A stretch of DNA of 64,000 nt from positions 116,810,001 through 116,874,000 of the forward strand of contig CM059431.1 of NCBI GenBank assembly GCA_030390025.1. Direction: 5' to 3'. The notes under the pieces were generated by a model that saw only the letters and a list, made by a program, of their open reading frames with translations, searched no databases and was not told the origin of the DNA. This DNA comes from Squalus acanthias (lineage: Eukaryota). Below are positions 23,886 through 34,292 of the stretch, piece after piece. Both the position numbers and the translations under genes were made by a program. Positions within the stretch are counted from its first letter, which is position 1, and the number at the start of each line of letters is the position of its first letter.

Positions 23886-25328
23886 ATTAGAACATAAGAA
23901 CATAAGAAATAGGAGCAGGAGTAGGCCATTTGGCCCTTCGAGCCTGCTCCGCCATTCAATGAGATCATGGCTGATCTTCTGCCTCAACTCCATTCACCGG
24001 CCCTATCGCCATATCCCTTCAGGCCCGTACTAATCAGAAATCTATCGACTTCTGTTTTGAATATACCCAATGACTGAGCCTCCACAGCCCTCTGGGGTAG
24101 AGAATTCCAAAGATACACCACCCTCTGTGTGAAGAAATTTCTTCTCATCTCAGTCCTGAATGGCCTACCCTTTATCCTGAGGCTGTGGCCCCTGGTTCTA
24201 GACTCCCCAGCCAATGGAAACATTCTCCCAGCATCCACCCTATCAAGCCCTGTAATAACTTTGTATGCTTCAATGAGATCCCCCATCATTCTTCTGAATT
24301 CAAGAGAATACAGGCCTAGTTTACTCAATCTCGTCTCATACGACAGTCCCTGCCATCCCAGGAAACAATCTCGTGAACCTTCGTTGCACTCCCTCTATGG
24401 CAAGTATATCCTTTCTTAGGTAAGGAGACCAAAATTGTATACAGTACTCCAGGTGTGGTCTCACCAAGACCCTATATAATTGGAGTAAGATTTCTTTACT
24501 CCTGTACTCAAATCCTCTTGTAATGAAGGCCAGCATACCATTTGCCTTCCTAATGGCATGCTGCACCTGCACATTCACTTTCAGTGACTCATGTACAAGG
24601 ACACCCAGGACCCTTTGAGCATCTGCATTCCCCAATCTTTCACCATTTAGGAAATACTCTGCCTTTCTGTTTTTCCTACCAATGTGGATAACTTCACATT
24701 TATCCACATTATATTCCACCTGCCATGTTCTCGCCCACTCACTGAGCCTGCCGAGATCCCCTTGACACCTCTTCACATCCTCTTCACAACTGACACTGCC
24801 ACCTAGCTTTGTATCATCAGCAAATTTGGAAATGTTACATTTAGTCCCCTCATCCAAATCATTGATATAGATTGTGAATAGCTGGGGCCCAAGCACCGAT
24901 CCTTGCGGTACCCCACTAGTCAGAGCCTGCCATCCTGAAAAAGACCCGTTTATCCGTACTCTTTGATTTCTGTCTGTTAACCAATTCTCAATCTATGCTA
25001 GTGTATTACCCCCAATTCCATGTGCCCTAATTTTGTTCACCAACCTCTTGTGTGGGACCTTATCGAAGGTCTTCTGAAAATCCAAATACACCACATCTAC
25101 TGGTTCCCCTTTGTCTACTCTACTAGTTACATCCTCAAAGAACTCCAATAGGTTTGTCAAACAGGATTTCCCTTTCATAAATCCATCTTGACTATGCCCA
25201 ATCTTACTATTAGTTTCTAAGTGCCCAGTTATTGCATTCTTTATAATAGATTCCAACATTTTCCCAAGTACTGATGTGAGGCCATCAGGGCTGTAGTTCC
25301 CCGTTTTCTCTCTCCCTCCTTTCTTAAT

Positions 25329-27844
25329 TTCTTTTTTTATTCGTTTATGGGATCTGGGCATCGCTGGCAAGGCCAGCATTTATTGCCCATCCCTAGTTGC
25401 CCTTGAGAAGGTGGTGGTGAGCCACCTTCTTGAACCGCTGCAGTCCGTGTGGTGAAGGTACTCCCACAGTGCTGTTAGGTAGGGAGTTCCAGGATTTTGC
25501 CCCAGCGATGATGAAGGATCGGCGATATACTTCTAAGTCAGGATGGTGTGTGACTTGGAGGTGGTGGTGTTCCCATGCGCCTGCTGCCCTTGTCCTTCTA
25601 GGTAGAAGAAGTCGCGGGTTTAGGAGGTACTGCCGAAGAAGCCTTGGTGAGTTGCTGTAGTGCATCTTGTAGATGGTACACACTGCAGCCACGGTATGCT
25701 GGTGGTGGAGGGAGTGAATATTTAAGGTGGTGGATGGGGTGCCAATCAAGCGGGCTGCTTTGTCCTGGATGGTGTTGAGATTCTTGAGTGTTGTTGGAGC
25801 TGCACTCATCCAGGCATGTGGAGAGTATTCCATCACACTCCTAACTTGGTCCTTGTAGATGGTGGAAAGGCTTTGGGGAGTCAGGAGGTGAGACACTCAC
25901 CGCAGAATACCTAGCCTCTGAACTGCTCTTGTTCCCACAGTATTTATGTGGCTGGTCCAGTTAAGTTTCTGGTTAATGGTGACCCCCAGGATGTTGATAG
26001 CGGGGGATTTGTAAGGGGTTTTGTCGTGCTTGTATCGCAGACGGTGCTGGTGCGGGGTTAGGCCTTCGTTGCCTAATACTATTGCTTGCTCTGGTCTCCG
26101 GCCAGCCTTGTTGCAATAAGCACCTGTGAGTGGTTCGACCCACTCGCCCTTACGGTTCTAACACTGGACTTAGGTGCGAGAGCAGTAATGCAGAGAAAAA
26201 CTCAAATAGACCCGGTTGAATAGTACGAAATGGAAATCTTTATTGCATAGCGTCCAAAATCATGAAGTACATGTCATAGGCGCAAATTAACGAGAGTACA
26301 AGTATACATACATTCATAAAGCTTGGTCTATGGTAATGAAGAACGCACGGCACATCGTAAAAAGGGGAACACATTATACTTTATCCTTAATAAAACCACC
26401 CTCCCTTATCAATACCTACACTACATCTAGATTTGTAGGATCGGGAAACATGTTCACCACTCGTGATACTTCGGAGAATTTTAAAGTGAGGCGCTCGGCT
26501 CGTTTCGCTGCAGCGCCTGACTGTCACGTGTTTGGAGGGGTCTCTGTACCCCACTTGTTTATCTTCGCTGCTGCAGCAAGCAGGCTGGGCTCCCCGTTGT
26601 CATGAAGAACTCGACAGAACTCAGGCCTGGCTGTAGAACTCAAAGAAAAGTCTTCCTGTACCGACACCAGTTGCCGGTAGAATTCAAAGAAGAGTCTTTG
26701 ACCGGTTCGTGCAGTAACCTGTAGAGTTCCAGAAATGGGTCGTATATTTTTGGGCGCGGTTGGGGTTTGCTGACCGCGGCGGCACGTGGATTCTTCTCCT
26801 CTTCTTCTCGTCTCGTCTCGTCTCTCCGGGCCTTCGGGTCCAGACACCGTTTACCGACCCTCGGGATGGTGCACTCGGTCACTTGCCCTCGTTGAGGCGG
26901 CTCGTTCCGTTTGAGCTCCACCCAACATTCGAGTAACCGACCAGTACGGCTAAGAGTCAACAATGTCCAGGAAAAGCACAGAAGCTCACCAGTCAAGCGA
27001 GTCCATGGAGCGGCAGGCGAGTAAGAGAGTGAAACCCTCAGCAGTCAGCAGCGAGATAAGAGAATAAGAGAGCGATGGACATTTGTTGTCTATAGTTATA
27101 GTGCTGTGTTCCCTTATCTCCCGCCCAAATCTTAATGTTTGTCCTTTGTGAAATATTGGCGCTCAAAACTCCCAGCATGGGGGGATTCTTGTCTTTAACG
27201 GGTTTCGGTAGCACCTGAGACTGGCCAACTACCCGTTAATGTTTTCCCCATTGTTGGCCCAGCCAGGATCGTATGAATCGTCTCCCTGACTGGTTTTGGG
27301 GGACCCCGAATACTTGTTTAATCACCTGAGAATGGCTCTCTTATTGTAGAGCCGTGGGGGTATTTGTGTATTGATGTGTCTGGATGGGCCTTCGATTGCC
27401 CAGTACAATGGTCCTTACTTGTGCATGGAAAACGATTCCAGCACTCATATCTTTTGCTATTGTCACAAATGCAAACAGGTTGCATTCTGTCTTTATCAGT
27501 GCTTATCGAGTATGATCCCGTCTTATATTGAAAATGTTTATTCGAACGCCATCTTGTCTGCCCACTGTACTTCTGGAAGCTTCTGCCACGTTACGCGGCG
27601 GCCATTTTACATGCTTATGTGTCCTTTATATCATGACAGCATTTCGTTTAAATAAACTGATCAAACGAATCTGCTTCTATCTCGTTATTTTGAATCGCGA
27701 TAATTGCGAAACTTTACAGATTCAGCGATGGTAATGCCATTGAATGTCATGGGGAGGTGGTTAGACTCTCGCTTGTTGGAGATAGCCATTGCCTGGCACT
27801 TCTGTGGCGCGAATGTTACCTGCCACTTATCAGCCTAAGCCTGA
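25329..27844 (-). mobile_element. CR1-Zenon-like LINE 3' fragment, interrupted by a solo LTR
   Basis: ORF 25393-25896 (IYKDQVRSVMEYS..WNSLP); A-rich tail; homologous to 55461-58378; clade name tentative. Confidence 0.85.
26010..27718 (-). mobile_element. Solo LTR, 1709 bp (ERV- or Gypsy-like)
   Basis: TGTAA...TTACA termini; GATT 4-bp TSD; host LINE continuous once it is removed; CCAAT, GC box and TATA on - strand at ~27090-27160; AATAAA at 26239-26244 (-); orientation inferred. Confidence 0.88.
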
Positions 27845-30800
27845 TAGTGGGTTTACATTTGCTATCCTCCAATCTGCAGGAACCGTTCCAGAATCTATAG
27901 AATTTTGGAAGATGACAACCAATGCGTCCGCTATCCCAATGGCCACCTCTTTCAAAACCTGAGGATGTAGTTCATCCGGTCCTTGGGATTTATCGACTTT
28001 TAGTCCCATTAATTTTGCTAGTACTGTTTTTTTGCTAATAATAATTTCTTTAAGTTCCTCATTCTCGCCACACCTTTGGTTTTCTCGTATTTCGGGGAGG
28101 TTTTTTGTGTCTTCCTCCGTGAACACAGAAACAAAGTATTTCTTTAATTTCTCAGCCATTTCCTCATTCCCCATTATAAATTCTCCCGTCTCTGACTGTA
28201 AAGGACCTACATTTACCTTCGCCAGTCTTTTCCTTTTCACATACCTATAGAAGCTTTTACAATCCGTTTTTATATTTTTCGCTAGTTTGTGCTCATATTC
28301 CATTTTCCTTTTCTTTATCAATTTCTTGGTCCCCCTTTGCCGATTTCTAAAAAGATCCCAATCCTCAGGCTGACCGCTTTTTCTGGCAACTTTATAAGCT
28401 TCCTCCTTTGAATTAATACTAGCTTTAATTTCTTTTGTTAGCCATGGTTGGATCACTTTTCCTTTTGGGTTTTTATGCCCTAGAGGAATATATGTTTGTT
28501 GCAAATTATGCATTATTTCCTTGAATGTTAGCCATTGTATGTCCACCTTCATACCTTCTAGTGTAGTCTCCCAATCTACCATGGCCAACTTGTCCCTCAT
28601 ACCCTTGTAGTTTCCTCTGTTTAGATTGAAGACCTTAGTTTCAGATTGGACTACATCACTCTCAAACTTAATGTAAAATTCAATCATATTATGGTCACTT
28701 GTCCCTAAAGGCCCCTTTACCACAAGATTATTGATTAGCCCTTTCTCATTACATGGTCCCAGATCCAGAATAGCCTGTTCCCTGGTTGGTTCCTCCACAT
28801 TCTGATCCAGGAAACCATTCCAAGAATTCATCCTCCACACCATTAGTGGTAATTTGATTTGCCCAGTCAATATGTAGATTAAAGACCCCCATGATTACCG
28901 TATTGCCCTTGTTACATGCACTTCTAATTTCTTGATTGATACTGTGCCCTACATTACCACTACTGTTTGGTGGCCTATACACAATTCCCACCAATGTTTT
29001 CCGCCCTTTGCTGTTTCTTAGCTCCACCCAAACTGATTCCAGTTCTACATCACGATCTGCCGAGCCAAGATCTTTTATCTGTACCGTACCGATCTCATCC
29101 CTTATTAACAGCGCTACGCCACCTCTTTTTCCTTTTTTCTGTCCTTCCTAAATGTTCAGTACCCTGGAACATTCAGTTCCCAGCTTTGGTTACCCTGCAA
29201 CCATGTCTCTGTAATGGCAATTACATCATACCCATTTACTTCTATTTGTGCCATTACTTCATCTACCTTGTTGCGAATGCTACATGCATTTAGATAAAGT
29301 GCCTTCAACTTTGCCTGTTTAATATTTTTCTGCACTTTGACCCACTTTACTGTTGGCCTTTGTTTCTGCTCCCTACTAGTTTTGCTGACTACTTTTCTAA
29401 CTTGCACTTCCAGCTTTGTTTCTCTCCATTCTGGGCCCACACTTAGGTTCCCAGCCCCCTGACAAACTAGTTTAAATCCTTCTCAATAGCAATAGCAAAC
29501 CCCCCTGTGAGGATATTGGTCCCGGTTCTGCCGAGGTGTAATCCGTCCAGCTTGTACAGGTCCCACCTTCCCCAGAATCAGTCCCAATGCCTCAGGAATT
29601 TAAATCCCTCCCTCCTACACCATCTCTCCAGCCACGCATTCATCTGGTCTAGTCTCCTATTTCTGCTCTCGCTAGCACGTGGCACTGGGAGTAATCCTGA
29701 GATTACTACCTTTGAGGTCCTGCTTTTTAATTTATTTCCTAGCTCCCTATATTCTGCTTGCAGGACCTTGTCCCACTTTCTACCTATGTCGTTGGTACCA
29801 ATATGGACCACGACCTCTGGCTGTTCACCCTCCCCCTTCAGAATGTCCTGCAGCCGCTCAGTGACATCCTTGACCCTGGCACCAGGGAGGCAACATACCA
29901 TCCTGGAGTCACGTCTGCAGCCACAGAAATGTCTATCTGTTCCCCTTACAATAGAATCCCCTATCACTATTGCTCTCTCACTCTTTTTCCTCCCCTCCTG
30001 TGCAACTGAGCCACTCGTAGTGCCACGGACTTGGCTCTTGCTGCATTCCCCTGAGAAACCATCTCCCCCAGCAGTATCCAAAACGTATTGACTTCTCTCA
30101 TCTTGAAGAACACAAATATTTAGCAAAAAATTCTTAAGAAAGTAAATTCCATGGAGGTTTTTAATGGTCTTTCACCTTAACTTCAGCAGGATACTGGCAT
30201 TTCCCCTAAAAAAACAGTGTAAACAACTGAAAATAGTCCTTTATGCTGTTTCTCTGAGCTCCGCCAGTCTTCTGCTGAAGTTACAGCAGGAGACCAGATG
30301 AACCCCCGCGTAATTTCAAGGTCACCACGTCTTAGCAAGTGTTTCATCGTCATACCTTGATCGCTCATAGAACATGAAGCTCTCACCCACGATGACATTC
30401 TGATCACCCTTTGTCACGCCTACCTTGCCCAAGACAGCTAAGAACTACCCACTTTACAAAGACTAAACTGGCCAGTGGACAATGCAATTGGCAAGCAAAG
30501 GACATGCCAGGGCTTTCACAATTGGTGAATCTTGGAAAGGAAGCAGAGCATACCACAGCTGGAGGGAGGAATTATATTAGCATGCAAGGCTTCATAATGC
30601 CAGACTTATCACAAACCCCAAACAGTTCGACTGGGGCTCAAAAATACTTCATGAAATTTTATTTAACATAGCTATAATCTTTAATGGTGTGCTCTGATGA
30701 CTGACAAAGCATATTTTAAAACTTTAGAGAACAATGAGGGAGCAAAGCATTAGATCCTAACGTTCAATGTCAGATATGTTTTGAAATAGCTATATTTCAT

Positions 30801-32792
30801 ACATATGGACAGAAAATAAAAGCATGAATTTTACTTGTAACCTCCTATAGGGCTTATAGCACTGAAGGAATCTAATAAAACGTGGATTGAAGATAAATGT
30901 AAACCAAGTTGGATATTTCATCTGGTTTGGTCCTGGGGGGAATGAAGAGAAATCCAGCATAAAAGCTGTAAAGTAGTAAATTATAATCAAATGCAATTTT
31001 GATAAATTGGCAGCTACTGGACTGTACAGATACGCAGTAATGCTGCACTAAAAGGAGATACAATAACTTTGTTGGCTGCAAACAATCAGTTCAACAATAG
31101 CTTTGCAATTTATTTTTAATGAAGTTATTTGTTTGCTCTAAAGGCCATTAATAAGGCATCTGTGAGCTGTCATCTACATTAGCTGTTATGGATGCTGCAC
31201 ATCTGCCTCCACAGATGCAGAGTCAATCAGCGGTGTAGCTGGGCACTGCTATTTGTAATATTTAGGAACTTCCTTTATTTTTGAAACAAATGTGCGGCAA
31301 AAAAAAAATTGGGTTTACTTTTTTTTAATTAAACATTTTTTTTTCAATTAGCAAGTGACAAATTGCAAAATAAATCGGTCCTTAATTTGCCCATTTGTTT
31401 TTATTCTTATTTATTAGTAATAATCTTCATAGTCAGCTTCCCTGGGAGTTTTTTCTATTCACAATCATTCATTAACAATTTGAAGATGAAAGCAGCAATT
31501 TTAGACCAAAATCAACGTTATGATTTTTAGTTAACTAAGGATAATTCTAATGAAGAAATAGAGTGTGTGTCTCTCTCAATGCTCTTGTTCTACCCAGTCA
31601 GCAGTAGTAATTACAGCATTTAGCTTGGTGTAGGGGCGGAGTGGCACACAATACCCTTTTACATCTATGACTTTTGGTTCCATAGCTAGATGAGATGACA
31701 TGAAAATTGGCTTGATCTGTCAGCTATTAATGGTCATAAGTTTAATGATTTTGAATTGTTCTAATTCAGTTCCCATTGGACACAAGTCCACATACAAAAA
31801 CGCCTTGAATCTGGCACTAATTAGTACTAATTCAGCAATCTTGATATATGAAGTCAAAAGGATGCAACATGCAGGGAACTGAAAAGTCACATTGGAGCAT
31901 TGCAGATACTTGTTCAAAGCTGGACTGAAGCACATTATTTGGAACTATTTAAGGCGCTGTGCATTGCATCTGACATGCCATTATTCCCTGTGCGTGCCTG
32001 GTACAGCTCGGAGCTAAACACAGTGTTCTTCAGCCATTCCATTGCACGCCCTCACCTCTAATGAACACTTGAACACGAACACGAGTTTGCAGATGTTATA
32101 CCACAGGACACTTTTTAAAAACTGTTTTTCATTTTTTTCTTTCTCTTTTTTTCTTCTGCAGTCTCTCTGAAGCACACGTTGCCTATCCCCAAGAGAGCAG
32201 ATGGACAGCCGTCCCCTGGGCATTGTCAACACGGTTCTATTAATGACTCTTGGGAGGGACACAAGAACGGTCCAAAAGATTCTCTTATGATTTTGCGTCC
32301 TTGTGTGGAAATGCCTAGTCCCACTCATGACTGCCTTTCCATGACTAATGGGCATATGTCTTTTAAAAAGAAATTCACTTAGTCCTAGCATGATTAATCA
32401 TCATTTTATTTTTCAAAAGACAATGTATTTTCAGTCATTCATTTCCAGAACATTTCCATGACATAAGAGAGAAAGAACATGCAATTGTTCCCATCTTAAC
32501 TGTCTGTAGATATTCTGCTGCAATTCATTCTCACCTCCACTTCTACGTGTCAGTTTCAAACCAATTTGTCTTCACAAATCAATCTGCTGGAACAAATGCT
32601 TCCGTCTGCGCTATTGGCTTTCAAAATGATCCACAAGTGGTATTTACAAGGAGCCCACAGAGAACAGCTTCCTTACACAGCTATGTCTGCCTTTGCGATG
32701 CAGCTGGGAATCTGGCAAGAAGGAAAACCTACCTCAGAAAAATGTAAGAAGTCGCACAACACCAGGTTATAGTCCAACAGTTTTATTTGAAA

Positions 32793-32829
32793 TCACAAGC
32801 TTTCGGAGCGCTGCTCCTTCGTCAGGTGA
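32793..32829 (-). ncRNA. Minimal type I hammerhead ribozyme motif
   Basis: UCAC-CUGACGA-A-GGAGC-AGC-GCUCC-GAAA-GCUU-GUGA. Confidence 0.7.
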
Positions 32830-32841
32830 CGTCTGACCACT

Positions 32842-32879
32842 TCACCTGACGAAGGAGCAGCAGCTCCGAAAGCTTGTGA
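32842..32879 (+). ncRNA. Minimal type I hammerhead ribozyme motif
   Basis: UCAC-CUGACGA-A-GGAGC-AGCA-GCUCC-GAAA-GCUU-GUGA: helix I UCAC/GUGA, helix II GGAGC/GCUCC, palindromic AGCU in place of helix III. Confidence 0.7.
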
Positions 32880-33326
32880 TTTCAAATAAAACTGTTGGAC
32901 TATAACCTGGTGTTGTGCGACTTCTCACATTTGTCCACCCCAGTCCAACACCGGCATCTCCACATCATGGCACCTCAGAAAAGACTACGCGGTCCCTAGT
33001 GTGTTATTCCTGGAAGTAGCTGAAACACAGGTCCAGTGACGCGACCATTTAAACAAATGTTTAATAGCCGATCTGTGTGCAGTGTTCCTGGAGGAGTGTT
33101 GCGGAATCCAACTGGAAAAAGTTGTGTGCTGCAAATAGTTGTCAAGACAACTGCTGACTTACCTTTCACGCATCAGCACCTGCTGGATTTTCACCATTGA
33201 TGTGATGGGAATAAAATAGTCAGCTATATCAAAATGTATCAACTGAATATCTGCTGCTCAGTACAAGAGGGCAGCATAATTCATGAACTTTCCTCTGTAC
33301 TTAGTTACGACAACAACAAACACGGT

Positions 33327-34103
33327 AGGCCAGATTATGCTGGGGCGTGCCCCATTAGTTAGACTGGTTCATACACGTTTAGCTTTTAACAATTTTTTTC
33401 TCCACAAATTTGCTGGAAGTGCGAGCTGATAACAGTGTGGCGAGGGCAACAGGGCTTCTGGGACCTTGGTGAGCAATGGGACAAACAGTGTATCTCCTTA
33501 ACCAATGAGATTAAAGGATTGAGAAATAAACAGAGGAAGGACTGAGAAGAAGGACTGTAGAATTAGAGTGGGTGAATACAATGTCAAATCAGGTATGGAA
33601 AGAGGAATAAAGAGAGGGAAAGAAAGATTGGACTAAGAGAGAGAGAAAAAAAAGATAGAAAGGTAAAGTAAATTTTTTTTTAAAAATTGACATTTTTTAA
33701 ATCTAAAACAATTTACAACCTGAAGGAATGAAACCCTACACTTATAATTTTCTGGGTAAGACAGGTTGATTGGCAGTCATTAACAGTTATCACATCACTA
33801 AAAGGGTACTTCCGCTAATAATTACTAGATTTAACTTTCAGTGGCCAGTTTAATGGGCAATTAATGTGCAAATGCAGTAACTTCATGAAAATCATGGGGA
33901 GGTTAAGCTTGGGTTGCCGTTCTCACAAAGCTAACGGTGGAGTGACGCAAATCACCCAGCAGCTTGTGATGATTCGCAATTCATGTGGTATCTCTTCCTC
34001 ACCACAAATTCCTGCTGATTTGAACATTAGTACCGGTGTACATTGTTCATACACCGTTATCTATGCAGCAGTTTTGCAGCAGTTTTGCAGCAGAATCCGG
34101 CCC
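33327..34103. mobile_element. Old Harbinger-type MITE
   Basis: Imperfect 16-bp TIR AGGCCAGATTATGCTG / CAGCAGAATCCGGCCC. Confidence 0.65.
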
Positions 34104-34292
34104 AATAAGAACAGTAGTTCTGGGCCTTGTCTGAATTTCCAATAATATCGGAAGCTAATGACTATGCACATGCAACGATGCAGGCACCTTCTGAAACGAA
34201 GATAGAAACATAGAAAATAGGTACAGGAGTAGACCATTCGGTCTTTCGAGCCTGCACTGCCATTCAATGCGTTCATGGCTGAACATGCTACC

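Larger units (their letters stand above)
23889..30088 (-). mobile_element. Near full-length CR1 (partial ORF1 esterase, disrupted ORF2), split by a Zenon-like LINE
   Basis: ORF1 piece IVIGDS..HIGTND (29578-30088); EN pieces LNACSIRNK, ITETWL; RT pieces 23984-25328; the CR1 sequence is continuous across 25328/27845. Confidence 0.95.
32740..32971. mobile_element. Penelope-derived short element with inverted pseudo-LTR arms
   Basis: ~90-bp inverted arms (32740-32829 / 32842-32932), 12-bp spacer, ~39-bp tail; direct repeat ACCTCAGAAAA at 32731 and 32972. Confidence 0.85.

Noticed and set aside
26330..27655. ORFs within the long LTR as viral accessory genes
   Set aside because: Short, mostly non-ATG starts, no recognisable motifs
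32740..32932. pre-miRNA hairpin
   Set aside because: Better explained by inverted Penelope pseudo-LTRs flanked by a target duplication
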